The notes: a model not told the origin generated them from the letters alone. Shown: positions 48,763-58,327, counted from the stretch's first letter. The stretch: DNA of 64,000 nucleotides from Bacteroidales bacterium (GCA_035389045.1 DAOORA010000009.1:1-64000), one strand, 5' to 3'. A program made the numbers and translations.

Positions 48763-51700
48763 CTACTTATTTGCAGAATAGTCAAAAAGTTTGAGAAGTT
48801 CTTCATACTTCCTGTTCAGATCATCAATTTGCTTTTGCTGATTTTGTATGACGGTTTGCAGTTCATTTTCTGACTTACCGGTGATCTCAGAATTATTTAT
48901 CTGAGCCCATCCCGGATCAACCAGCACTTTTATGTAACCTAAGGTACCATCGTTATATGCTTCCAATGCCCTCCCGATAACGTAACCTGATTTTACAGCC
49001 TTCATGGCGACGCCAGTCACTGATGATGTTGTAACATAATCACCGATGGCAATACTCCCTGTTTCATTACAGACTTTTGTGCTGATAACACCCATCATGC
49101 CGACGAGAATCTTGTTTCCATTATTGTCATTAATATTTGAGTTTCCAATAAATGCGGGGTTCGAAGAATAAACTCCAAGTATAAGATTCGAATACGGCTG
49201 GCTGGAACTTTCGACCGAGTAAGATGTTTTATCTGAAATAATGATAACATCGCCCGGTTCATATGCAATGCCCGGATCGGCTACGGGGAAGTACTCTGCG
49301 TAATCGGCACCTCCGCCACTCCAGCTTCCGTCGCAGAGCCCGTTACCATCAAGGGTGAATCTGAACCTGGGGTTCCAGGGGTTGCCCTGGTCGAAACGGA
49401 CAATATCACCTGATCCTCCCTGTTTAACCGCTAAAAGAGCAACATCAGAAGAGCTGGCGCTGGTATTTTCTATTAATGCTGAAATTCCATTTGAGGCGCT
49501 ATTCTGAATATGTACGGTTGCGCCATCTACTCCGCCTGTACTTCCATATGCCGCAAGTTTATGAGAATCTATTGAGGCAGACGCGCCAATTCTCATCATA
49601 TTTGTGATGTGCACGTTCCCGGTTTCAAAATATCCCGCCCAGTTTGATGTTGCCCCGGATGCACTTCCATAAACTCCAATATTCATGGATGCACTCCCTG
49701 TCGCATTGCCATAAACTCCAATGTTATTATAAAGGACACCGGTAGCCTCTCCCCATACACCAACACCGTTGTTTCCAGTCGAATGTCCCTTTATTGCGAC
49801 TACAGGATTACTTGTCACTACATGTAATTTATTTTCCGGAGTTGATGTACCTATGCCTACTTTACCGCTTTTAAATACGGTGACAGCGTTGCTTCTGTCA
49901 CCTGCACCTGTTCCATTACCGATCACAAAAAGCCGGTCACCGCTGTTCCATTCAAGGGAACTAGCAGGAGTGTATTGGGTATTATAACTTCCTATTACCG
50001 TTTCGCCATATGATGGGGCTGTGGTGTATAAGCCCATAGCTGTGGAATAAGTACCCGATGCGACAGAGTTTAATCCCATTGCTGTTGACCCACCACCTGT
50101 AGCCGTTGTAAGATCTCCCATTGCTGTTGAATAATTTCCTGAAGCAGTTGTATTAAATCCCATTGCTGTTGAATAATCTCCTGAAGCTTTTGAACCTCCC
50201 ATTGCAATAGATGCTGCTCCGGTAGCGCGAGCATCATACCCCATTGCCATAGAATAGCTGCCTTTTGCTTTTGTATTAATTCCGGCAGCAAATGAAAAAT
50301 AACCGATGCTGTCTTTGTCCCAGTTTGTTCCGTTCACCTTTCCTGCTCTGAATGCCGCTTTATCAGGATACCACATCATCCGCGTACCTGCTCCCGAAAC
50401 AGGAGGTTCAACAGGATTTAATGATTTCAATACACCATCAAAAAGCACATTACCGCCTCCGGTACCCGTGCCACTGGTATGAAGCAGGGCAACAGGGCTT
50501 GAAGTTCCAATGCCTACATTGCCGCTTTTTAATACGGTGACAGCGTTGCTTCTTGTATCATCATTGCTTCCATTGCCGATCACAAAAAGCCGGTCGTTGT
50601 TATTCCAACCGGTCATGCTCGCCGGGGTATATGGACTATTGTAAAGGCCAATCACTGTTTCACAGAAAGATGGGGCTGCGGTGCTTATTCCCATAGCTGC
50701 AGAATAATCCCCGGAAGCGATAGTACCATGTCCTATTGCAGTAGAAGTAAGCCCAGAGGCGTAGGTGTTATACCCCATCGCAGTGGAACGCTCTCCGTAT
50801 GCCACTGTGTGATCGCCAAGTGCGGTAGTTATATGTCCGGAGGCGATTGTCTGATAACCCATAGCAGTGGAATGATCTCCCCAGGCAAATGCATAACTTC
50901 CAAATGCCATGGAATAATCCCCATAAGCAGTTGTAGCAAATCCCATAGCAGTGGACACTACACCTGTAGCGGTTGTAGCATACCCCAGTGCAGTAGAATA
51001 GTCTTTTGCTCTTGTATCAAATCCGGCAGCGAAAGACAAATAACCGATGCTGTCTTTGTCCCAGTTTGGTCCGATCACAGTTCCTGCTCTGAATGCCCCT
51101 TTATCAGGATACCACATCATCCGCGTACCTGCTCCCGAAACAGGAGGCTCACCAGGATTTGATAATTTCAACACACCATCAAAAAGCACGTTACCTCCTC
51201 CGGTACCGGTGTCACTGGCATGAAGCAGGGCTGCAGGGTTTGAAGTCCCAATACCCACTTTACCGTTTTTTAATACGGTCATAGCGTTACTTCTGGCACT
51301 ATAATCAGTTCCATTGCCGATCACAAAAAGGCGGTCGGAATTAATCCAATATGCGGTGCTCGCCGGCGTATATAAAGTATTAAAATGTCCTATCACCATT
51401 TCACCCTCTGACAGGGCTGTGGTATATGCACCCATTGCTGTGGAAAAATCCCCCGAAGCGGTTGTAAGATGTCCCATTGCGGTGGAACGAGATCCGGATG
51501 CCCGTGTGTCATCCCCGAGTGCTGTAGATAAATATCCAGAGGCGATTGTAAAATTTCCCATGGCAGTAGAACTAAATCCGGAAGCAGTCGAATTATATCC
51601 CATAGCTATGGATGCCATGCCCGAAGCGCAGGTATTATTTCCAAAAGCTGAAGAAAAGTTTTTTGCTCTGGTATCTATTCCGACAGCAAACGAAAAATAA

Positions 51701-52602
51701 CCAATGCTGTCCTTGTCCCATTGTGCATTATCCACATACCCGGCTCTGAAGGCCGCTTTATCAGGATACCACATCATGCGCGTACCTTCTCCTGAAACAG
51801 GCGTTTCACCAGGATCTGACAGTTTAAATTCGCCTTCAAAAAGCACATTACCGCCTCCGGTACCTGCGCCGCTGGTATGAAGCAGGGCTGCAGGGCTTGT
51901 AGTTCCTATACCCACATTGCCGGAATTGGTATTAAAGATATTGTTTCCGCTCTTCTTCCATAAGGTATCGCTATAAGAAGCAATGCTGACAAAGCCTCCG
52001 TCGCTGAGATAGATGGTGTCATGACCCATACTCAATACCTGCAACTCATTGGTCACCGAGCCATCAATTTCATTGTCCAGTTTGTTATTCCAGAATGTTG
52101 TATCCGTTGCCGTGATACCGCCTGCCACCGAAACACCAAAAACGGGGTCCGTTTCCGGATAAGTTCCTGAAACACTGTCTGCCGTTCCGGAATGCAAGGC
52201 ATAGGGAACACTGATAAGCTGGGTAACGCCCATAGTGGTAAACAACGTCCCACCGTTTTGGTCAAGCTCCACTTTAAGATAATAAGGACCGTCGGCCCAG
52301 TTTATGCCGGCCATGCTGCCGGATAAAGGCGAACCACCGCCTATTTTCAATACGGACAATCCATAGGCATTTGTGGTATCATTATGTGTTTCCACATAGA
52401 CGGCACTCCCATAAACGGAATCCTGTAACAGGCTTATACGGAATGAAACCGGGTGGTTGGCCAGAATATTTCCTGAATTATCCCTGACCACGGTCTGGTA
52501 ATTAAACTTTTCCGGGGCCTGCGCAAAAGATGATGTGCTGATCAGCTGATTAGCCAATGCAAAAATTAAAATTGCACTAAATTTAAAAATGTGTGTTTTC
52601 AT
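48763..52602 (-). CDS. Fibre-like protein C: shared N-domain, three YadA/Hep-Hag modules, C-terminal peptidase G2-like intramolecular chaperone
   Basis: QAPEKFNYQTVVRD; three [10 protein letters not shown] modules; GVYG repeats; GADYAEYF...GVYSSNP...G.AMKA...IGRALE; coiled-coil end. Confidence 0.75.
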   Translation of the reverse strand: MKTHIFKFSAILIFALANQLISTSSFAQAPEKFNYQTVVRDNSGNILANHPVSFRISLLQDSVYGSAVYVETHNDTTNAYGLSVLKIGGGSPLSGSMAGINWADGPYYLKVELDQNGGTLFTTMGVTQLISVPYALHSGTADSVSGTYPETDPVFGVSVAGGITATDTTFWNNKLDNEIDGSVTNELQVLSMGHDTIYLSDGGFVSIASYSDTLWKKSGNNIFNTNSGNVGIGTTSPAALLHTSGAGTGGGNVLFEGEFKLSDPGETPVSGEGTRMMWYPDKAAFRAGYVDNAQWDKDSIGYFSFAVGIDTRAKNFSSAFGNNTCASGMASIAMGYNSTASGFSSTAMGNFTIASGYLSTALGDDTRASGSRSTAMGHLTTASGDFSTAMGAYTTALSEGEMVIGHFNTLYTPASTAYWINSDRLFVIGNGTDYSARSNAMTVLKNGKVGIGTSNPAALLHASDTGTGGGNVLFDGVLKLSNPGEPPVSGAGTRMMWYPDKGAFRAGTVIGPNWDKDSIGYLSFAAGFDTRAKDYSTALGYATTATGVVSTAMGFATTAYGDYSMAFGSYAFAWGDHSTAMGYQTIASGHITTALGDHTVAYGERSTAMGYNTYASGLTSTAIGHGTIASGDYSAAMGISTAAPSFCETVIGLYNSPYTPASMTGWNNNDRLFVIGNGSNDDTRSNAVTVLKSGNVGIGTSSPVALLHTSGTGTGGGNVLFDGVLKSLNPVEPPVSGAGTRMMWYPDKAAFRAGKVNGTNWDKDSIGYFSFAAGINTKAKGSYSMAMGYDARATGAASIAMGGSKASGDYSTAMGFNTTASGNYSTAMGDLTTATGGGSTAMGLNSVASGTYSTAMGLYTTAPSYGETVIGSYNTQYTPASSLEWNSGDRLFVIGNGTGAGDRSNAVTVFKSGKVGIGTSTPENKLHVVTSNPVVAIKGHSTGNNGVGVWGEATGVLYNNIGVYGNATGSASMNIGVYGSASGATSNWAGYFETGNVHITNMMRIGASASIDSHKLAAYGSTGGVDGATVHIQNSASNGISALIENTSASSSDVALLAVKQGGSGDIVRFDQGNPWNPRFRFTLDGNGLCDGSWSGGGADYAEYFPVADPGIAYEPGDVIIISDKTSYSVESSSQPYSNLILGVYSSNPAFIGNSNINDNNGNKILVGMMGVISTKVCNETGSIAIGDYVTTSSVTGVAMKAVKSGYVIGRALEAYNDGTLGYIKVLVDPGWAQINNSEITGKSENELQTVIQNQQKQIDDLNRKYEELLKLFDYSANK

Positions 52603-52643
52603 TTTTTTATTGATTTTAATTTGTTGTTTTCATATATGGTTCG

Positions 52644-54203
52644 TTATGGTTTGTTTATCATTTTTAAAATAGCCTGTTCGTTCTTTTGGGTTCCCGAAAA
52701 TTCAAGTTTGAACGTGTACATCCCTGCCGGCAGCGCATTCGCTGAAAATAACAAGGTGTGTTTGCCGGCAGCGCGGGTTTCATTCACCAAGACGGACACC
52801 AGCTCTCCGATAGCATTGTATGCATCGATCTTCACCATTCCTTCTTCAGGAAGGGTATATACTAAGGTAGCATCACCATCAAACGGGTTGGGATAGCCCA
52901 TAAACTCAAAGCCTGTCCCTGCCTGATCACCCTGTATAAAAACTTTCGGCATCAGCAGATATGCATCCTCATCTTCCTCCCCGTAACGATTGCCGATCAC
53001 ACCCGTACCGGAAAGTTCAAAATCTATGGCTCCCTTTCCCGGATCTCTTTTCGCACGGAAGCCTAGGCGGATAAGTTCTGCGCCCTCAGCGACATCATAA
53101 TAGCCGGTGGTGGCATACACCACCCGGATCACGCCTTCCTCGTCGGTGACCAGCAGATCGTCATCCGATGCTATGATCTCTTCCAGCGTCGGATTGATGG
53201 TTACGGCGCTGCTTTTATCGCCAGCCCCCGGCATATAAACACGCACCAGTTCGTAATCTTTATGAGGATAACTCAGTTCAAGCCCCAGCGCCGAGAATTC
53301 ATTCATGCCGGTACTGATACGCAGAGGCAGTTCAAAATACAAGGGATCTGTTGTCATCAGGTATTCGTCAGTAACACTTATGATGTTTTGGTCTACCGAC
53401 TTGGCCTGGCTCCAGTTGACCGTCGAGTCGCGGTATTTACTGCTGGATGCATTATAATCCCCGTAGCAGATCGTTTTCAACGTCACGTTCAGGTCGCTGC
53501 CACCCACGCTGACCACCGTATCGAGGGCTACCCAGTTGCCTTTGGGAAAATTCTTCGCCGTGCTGTAAGGAGATCCGATCTTGGCCTTGATCCGGGAAAT
53601 ATCTATCGCATTGATCGCCAAATTATTATCCACATTGGCAGCCTTCTTGTACCGGATCGTGAAATTACGGGAGGGATCTACCGTAGTGTCGATGCCTATG
53701 TAATATTTCAGCATGGTCACATCAATAGCATCTATGCCATTGCCCGACTGCATCGTGTCTGCCGTGTATTTGTCATAACACAGAAGGTAATTTCCGGGAG
53801 AAACATTGCTTAGCTGGTAATTTCCTGCATTGTCGCTGGTATCGCGGGCAATCTCCTCACCGTTGGACTGCAGCTTCAAAATCACGATCACATTGTCGAT
53901 GTTGTATATCGCCTGATTGTACGAGGGCGGATTGGGCGCCGGGCTTCCCGGAATGGCTTTGCCGGCATATTTCACCTTGCCATAGATCATAAACTTTAAA
54001 ACATCGTTCTGCTGAAAGCCCTGTGTGAGGTCGATATTGGCGGTTTCGAAGGTTTCGACCACCGTTTCACCTATAGTAAAACTTACCGACCCTGTGCTGT
54101 TTTGCTGGAAATCCCCGCCCGTGGATATCACTTCACGTGTGAGCGTCTGGGAACAGCAGATGGTAACAGCAAACCAAAAAACCAAAAATAATGCTTTTTT
54201 CAT
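52644..54203 (-). CDS. T9SS CTD protein with short N-terminal domain, CnaB-like domain and dockerin-like repeats
   Basis: QTLTREVISTGG...SFTIGE...LTQGFQQ; TSDNAGNYQLSNV.PGNY; GIDAIDV / NVDNNLAINAIDI; CTD YPNPF...AGMYTFKL...KMINKP. Confidence 0.75.
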   Translation of the reverse strand: MKKALFLVFWFAVTICCSQTLTREVISTGGDFQQNSTGSVSFTIGETVVETFETANIDLTQGFQQNDVLKFMIYGKVKYAGKAIPGSPAPNPPSYNQAIYNIDNVIVILKLQSNGEEIARDTSDNAGNYQLSNVSPGNYLLCYDKYTADTMQSGNGIDAIDVTMLKYYIGIDTTVDPSRNFTIRYKKAANVDNNLAINAIDISRIKAKIGSPYSTAKNFPKGNWVALDTVVSVGGSDLNVTLKTICYGDYNASSSKYRDSTVNWSQAKSVDQNIISVTDEYLMTTDPLYFELPLRISTGMNEFSALGLELSYPHKDYELVRVYMPGAGDKSSAVTINPTLEEIIASDDDLLVTDEEGVIRVVYATTGYYDVAEGAELIRLGFRAKRDPGKGAIDFELSGTGVIGNRYGEEDEDAYLLMPKVFIQGDQAGTGFEFMGYPNPFDGDATLVYTLPEEGMVKIDAYNAIGELVSVLVNETRAAGKHTLLFSANALPAGMYTFKLEFSGTQKNEQAILKMINKP

Positions 54204-54223
54204 GTTAATAAATTTTTAATTTT

Positions 54224-54231
54224 CAAAGTTA
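54224..54231 (-). promoter_or_regulatory. -7 promoter box for the fibre locus
   Basis: CAAAGTTA on + (TAACTTTG on -), 20 nt upstream of 54203. Confidence 0.65.
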
Positions 54232-54674
54232 TATTTAATTATTTAAAAATGCAAGAAAATTGTAATAATTTAATAAATAATGATATACACAAATTAAATA
54301 TATGAAAAATACTAACTACCAGATGATTATAATGCATCTTCAAAATCAGAAATCTGTTCTGCAAAATTCCAGCTTCCCAAATGGGGAAAATAAATATTAA
54401 ACACACTTCAATATCTTTTCCCTGACTGGAAAATGCCTGGTTTGGAAACTTATATGCCGAAATGGTGTCTTCCTATGCAGAAAAGGCAATACTTTACATT
54501 ATTAAAAAAACGATATGTGTTGTCTCGCCCGCGTAGGAGCCTGATATTGGTAAAAAACAGTCGGTTCAACACTATGAGTCCCGACAGGATAGAATTAACT
54601 GAAAGAGGTCTCTACCAACATTTTGTAAATTATTATGACAAGCATAAGGCTTGAAAAACCGGCATTGATGAATA

Positions 54675-55493
54675 CTATACCGCCATATTAAAATCCCTCA
54701 GGCATTCGTTCAGCGAGGTTTTGAGGTTGGTGGATTCTTTGCGTTTGCCAACGATCAGCGCACAAGCCACAGGATATTTTCCGGCCGGAAATTCTTTAAG
54801 GTAAGTTCCCGGAATAACAACAGAACGTTCAGGAATGACTCCATGATATTCAACAGGTTCGTTGCCACTGACGTCAATGATTCTGGTTGAGTTAGTAATA
54901 ACGGTATTTGCCCCGAGAACAGCTTCTGATTTTACCCGGACACCCTCAACAACGATAGATCGTGAACCTATGAAACAGTTATCTTCAATGACCACAGGCG
55001 CCGCCTGCACAGGTTCCAGAACGCCTCCTATGCCCACACCTCCGCTCAGGTGGACATTTTTACCAATCTGGGCACAAGAGCCCACGGTGGCCCATGTATC
55101 AACCATAGTACCACTGTCTACATAGGCACCAATATTCACATAGGAAGGCATCATCACGACGCCTGGCGCCAGAAAAGAGCCATATCGTGCGATAGCATGA
55201 GGTACCACACGCACTCCCAGCGATTCATAATTTCTTTTCAGTTTTATTTTATCGCGGAATTCCAGGGGGCCAACCTCAATGGTTTCCATCTGCTGTATAG
55301 GAAAATATAAAATAACTGCTTTTTTGACCCATTCGTTTAATTTCCAACCACCATCAACAGGCTCACATACCCGAATTGCCCCTTTATCAAGCATATCAAT
55401 GACGTTGCGAATGGCATTACAGATGTTGTCATCTTTCAGCAGTGTACGGTCATCCCAGGCGGCTTCTACCAATAACTTTATATCAGCATTCAT
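54675..55493 (-). CDS. dapD: 2,3,4,5-tetrahydropyridine-2,6-dicarboxylate N-succinyltransferase
   Basis: WVKKAVILYF, RVVP.AIAR.G, MPSYVNIGAYVD.GTMVDTWATVGSCAQIGKNVHLSGGVGIGGVLEP. Confidence 0.96.
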   Translation of the reverse strand: MNADIKLLVEAAWDDRTLLKDDNICNAIRNVIDMLDKGAIRVCEPVDGGWKLNEWVKKAVILYFPIQQMETIEVGPLEFRDKIKLKRNYESLGVRVVPHAIARYGSFLAPGVVMMPSYVNIGAYVDSGTMVDTWATVGSCAQIGKNVHLSGGVGIGGVLEPVQAAPVVIEDNCFIGSRSIVVEGVRVKSEAVLGANTVITNSTRIIDVSGNEPVEYHGVIPERSVVIPGTYLKEFPAGKYPVACALIVGKRKESTNLKTSLNECLRDFNMAV

Positions 55494-55599
55494 AAAAATA
55501 TATTTTAACAGTAATCGTTCAAAGTTAGAAAAAAATGTTTAACAGGTCGGTTTCTGATGAGAAATAGACAAATTAATCGTCAATTTGAGGCAATTTTAG

Positions 55600-55607
55600 T
55601 ACCTTTG
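55600..55607 (+). promoter_or_regulatory. -7 promoter box for ruvX-def
   Basis: TACCTTTG; divergent TAACTTTG for dapD at 55520-55527. Confidence 0.65.
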
Positions 55608-55621
55608 CCCCGCAAAATAAT

Positions 55622-56047
55622 ATGGGACGTATACTAGCTATCGACTACGGACAAAAAAGAACGGGCATCGCGGTTACCGATGAACTTAAAATTATTGCCA
55701 CCGGATTGACCACCGTCAATTCAAACGAGCTGATGCCTTTTCTGAAAAACTACTGTTCCAAAGAACCAGTTGAGCTTATTGTTGTTGGCAAACCGCTGCA
55801 GATGAACAACACAGCCTCGGAATCGGAAAAATTTATCACGCCATTCCTGAAATCCCTTCAAAAATCCTTACCCGGCATCCCGGTAAAAAGATTTGACGAG
55901 CGTTTTACCTCGAAGATGGCTTTTCAAACAATGATAGACTCGGGTATCAGCAAAAAGAAACGTCAGAACAAAGCCCTGGTAGATACAATAAGCGCCACCA
56001 TTATTTTGCAATCGTATCTTGAATCACTCACAAAAACAGGCTTATGA
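55622..56047 (+). CDS. ruvX: YqgF/RuvX pre-16S rRNA nuclease
   Basis: ILAIDYG.KRTGIAVTD, VVGKP, FDERFTS, VD.ISA.IILQSYL. Confidence 0.95.
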   Translation: MGRILAIDYGQKRTGIAVTDELKIIATGLTTVNSNELMPFLKNYCSKEPVELIVVGKPLQMNNTASESEKFITPFLKSLQKSLPGIPVKRFDERFTSKMAFQTMIDSGISKKKRQNKALVDTISATIILQSYLESLTKTGL

Positions 56048-56616
56048 AACTTCCTATCGTTGCATACGGGACTCCCCTGCTAAAGAAAAAATCAGTAGAT
56101 ATTGACAATACTTATCCAGACCTGAGAAAACTTATTGCCGATATGTATGAAACCATGTATGCCTCTATTGGCGTTGGATTGGCAGCTCCACAGGTGGGGC
56201 TTAACATCAGGCTGATAGTGATTGACACGAATCCCTATGCCGAAGATTATCCCGAAGGAAAAGATTTTAAGAAAGTTTTTATCAATCCTCAAATCACTGA
56301 ATACAGCGGCAAAGAATGGTCCTTCAACGAGGGTTGTCTCAGCGTTCCGGAAATAAGGGAAGATGTGGTGCGGCATGAAACCATTAAAATTGAGTATTAC
56401 GACGAAAATTTCAAATTTTATTCCGAAGAATATTCCGGTATCCTCTCACGGGTTATACAACACGAATACGACCACCTGGAAGGTGTTTTATTTGTTGACA
56501 GGCTGAGTTCGCTAAAAAAAATGGTCCTCAAACGCAAACTTACCGACATCTCAAAAGGCCTGATCAAAACAAAGTACAAAATGATATTTCCTTTAGAAAA
56601 AAAACATGTTAAATAA
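56044..56616 (+). CDS. def: Peptide deformylase
   Basis: GVGLAAPQVG, EGCLS, QHEYDHLEG. Confidence 0.97.
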   Translation: MKLPIVAYGTPLLKKKSVDIDNTYPDLRKLIADMYETMYASIGVGLAAPQVGLNIRLIVIDTNPYAEDYPEGKDFKKVFINPQITEYSGKEWSFNEGCLSVPEIREDVVRHETIKIEYYDENFKFYSEEYSGILSRVIQHEYDHLEGVLFVDRLSSLKKMVLKRKLTDISKGLIKTKYKMIFPLEKKHVK

Positions 56617-56629
56617 AATATTCAGAAAA

Positions 56630-57181
56630 ATGAAAAAAATCAATTTTATCATTCTTGTTTTAATCGTTTTTTTAGTTACCAGCTGCACTCAATCGAAAGA
56701 AAAAATGGTTAAAGAAATAACCGCAATGGAAAAGGCATTATTCTCGGGTAACAACACCATACCCGACAAAACGAAGGTAAATGAAATGGTTGCCCTGTAT
56801 AAGAAATTTGCAGATCAGCATCCAAAAGATTCCTTGTCGCCTGTTTATCTTTACAAAGCTGCCAATCTTCAGATGAACAATTCACAAAATGAAGATGCCG
56901 TTGCTCTGCTTGATATCCTCATAAAAAACTATAATGATTTTTCAAAACTGCCCGAAGTATATTTTTTGAAGGCGTTTATTTTTGAAAATAACATAAAAAA
57001 CATAAAAAAAGCCCGTGAAGCCTATACGGATTTTCTTCAAAAGTACCCCAAACACGACCTCGCGGATGATGCCATGATATCTATTGACAATCTGGGAAAA
57101 ACTCCCGAACAGATGGTCATGGAATTTGAAGCAAAAATGAAACAGCAAGCTGACTCTGCCGCTGTTGCCGCAAAAAAATAA
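56630..57181 (+). CDS. TPR lipoprotein (BamD/CpoB-like)
   Basis: Lipobox VTS-C; TPR helices; FLQKYPKH. Confidence 0.75.
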   Translation: MKKINFIILVLIVFLVTSCTQSKEKMVKEITAMEKALFSGNNTIPDKTKVNEMVALYKKFADQHPKDSLSPVYLYKAANLQMNNSQNEDAVALLDILIKNYNDFSKLPEVYFLKAFIFENNIKNIKKAREAYTDFLQKYPKHDLADDAMISIDNLGKTPEQMVMEFEAKMKQQADSAAVAAKK

Positions 57182-57194
57182 ATGATGCGTATCC

Positions 57195-57983
57195 TCAGGC
57201 AAATTCAATTTCCAGGAAAACCTTTAATGCCTCGGGCCTGATGTTAGCATAAAGTGTCCCGTTTTTTGTATAAGAAATGTTTCCCGTCTGTTCAGAGACA
57301 ACAAGAGTGATGGCATCGGTAAGTTCAGAAATGCCTACTGCTGCCCTGTGCCTTAATCCAAGCGTATTCGGAAATTTTTCATTACGTGTCAGCGGCAGCA
57401 CACAACGGGCTGCTACGATACGGTTTCCGTTAATGACAATGGCACCATCGTGCAAAGGACTGTTCTTATAAAAAATATTTTCAATAAGTTGTTCCGATAT
57501 GCGGGCATCAATTTTTTCACCGGTATTGACGTATTCTTCCAGGTTGCTTCTTTTCGATATTACAATCAGAGCACCGGTTTTAGCAGTCGACAATGTTTCA
57601 CTGACTTTTACGATCCGGTCGAGTTCAATTATCCCGCTCTGCTGCACGTTGAGATTCCAGAATGCTCTCCATTTTTGTTTCCTTGTCAAAAAACGCGGTG
57701 AGCCAAGCAAAAGCAGAAACTGACGTATCTCGCGCTGAAAAACCACAATTAAAGCTATAACACCAACACTAACAAACTGCCCGAGTATTTCAGACAACAA
57801 ATTAAGCTGAAGAAGGTTAACAATCTTCCAGACAAAGTAGATCGCAACAATTCCGATGAAAATATTTATAGCCGCCGTCCCTTTCATCAGTCTGTAAATC
57901 TGATACAGCAGTATAGCCACTAAAACGACATCAACAATATCAGTGATCTGGAATGAAAGAAAATCAGCTATAAACAGCAGCAT
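57195..57983 (-). CDS. dacA: Diadenylate cyclase CdaA/DacA
   Basis: Three TMs, VVFQREIR, SPLHDGA, LGLRHRAA, VVSEQTG. Confidence 0.93.
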   Translation of the reverse strand: MLLFIADFLSFQITDIVDVVLVAILLYQIYRLMKGTAAINIFIGIVAIYFVWKIVNLLQLNLLSEILGQFVSVGVIALIVVFQREIRQFLLLLGSPRFLTRKQKWRAFWNLNVQQSGIIELDRIVKVSETLSTAKTGALIVISKRSNLEEYVNTGEKIDARISEQLIENIFYKNSPLHDGAIVINGNRIVAARCVLPLTRNEKFPNTLGLRHRAAVGISELTDAITLVVSEQTGNISYTKNGTLYANIRPEALKVFLEIEFA

Positions 57984-58327
57984 AAAATTGAAAATCAAAC
58001 ATTTAATTGTAAGCACATCGTATTACCGCCTGTATAATATGATAATGCAAAAATATAAAAAAAACAGTTCCTGTAGTTTTTATCATTCATAACTTCAACC
58101 GTTTTTTAATCCATTCTCTTAATTAACAGGCATTTGCCAGAAAATAAACATTGGTTAGCCTTTAAACCAGGAGGGCCAATCGATTTTCAACGACCGCCAG
58201 ACTGTCGCAGCCGGGCAGGCCCCCTTTGAGGCGGGACAATGTCGAAAATAATGCTTCTATATCAATAAAAATCAAAACAGTTTCTAAATCATTTTTTTTC
58301 TTTAGCCATCATATCTTGTAAATTTCA

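Noticed and set aside
42254..52602. Diversity-generating retroelement (Avd-like gene beside repeated genes)
   Set aside because: No reverse transcriptase in the window, no non-coding template repeat seen, and paralogue differences are not confined to adenines.
42254..54203. Prophage (tail-fibre and chaperone domains)
   Set aside because: The proteins have Sec signal peptides, and there are no capsid, terminase, integrase or lysis genes.
54433..54654. 73-aa ORF and REP-like sequence near 54527-54596
   Set aside because: No recognisable protein motif; the resemblance to REP elements is weak and needs a genome-wide copy search.
58150..58249. c-di-AMP (ydaO) or cobalamin riboswitch
   Set aside because: I could not find the diagnostic conserved strings on either strand, and it lies upstream of the predicted promoters.
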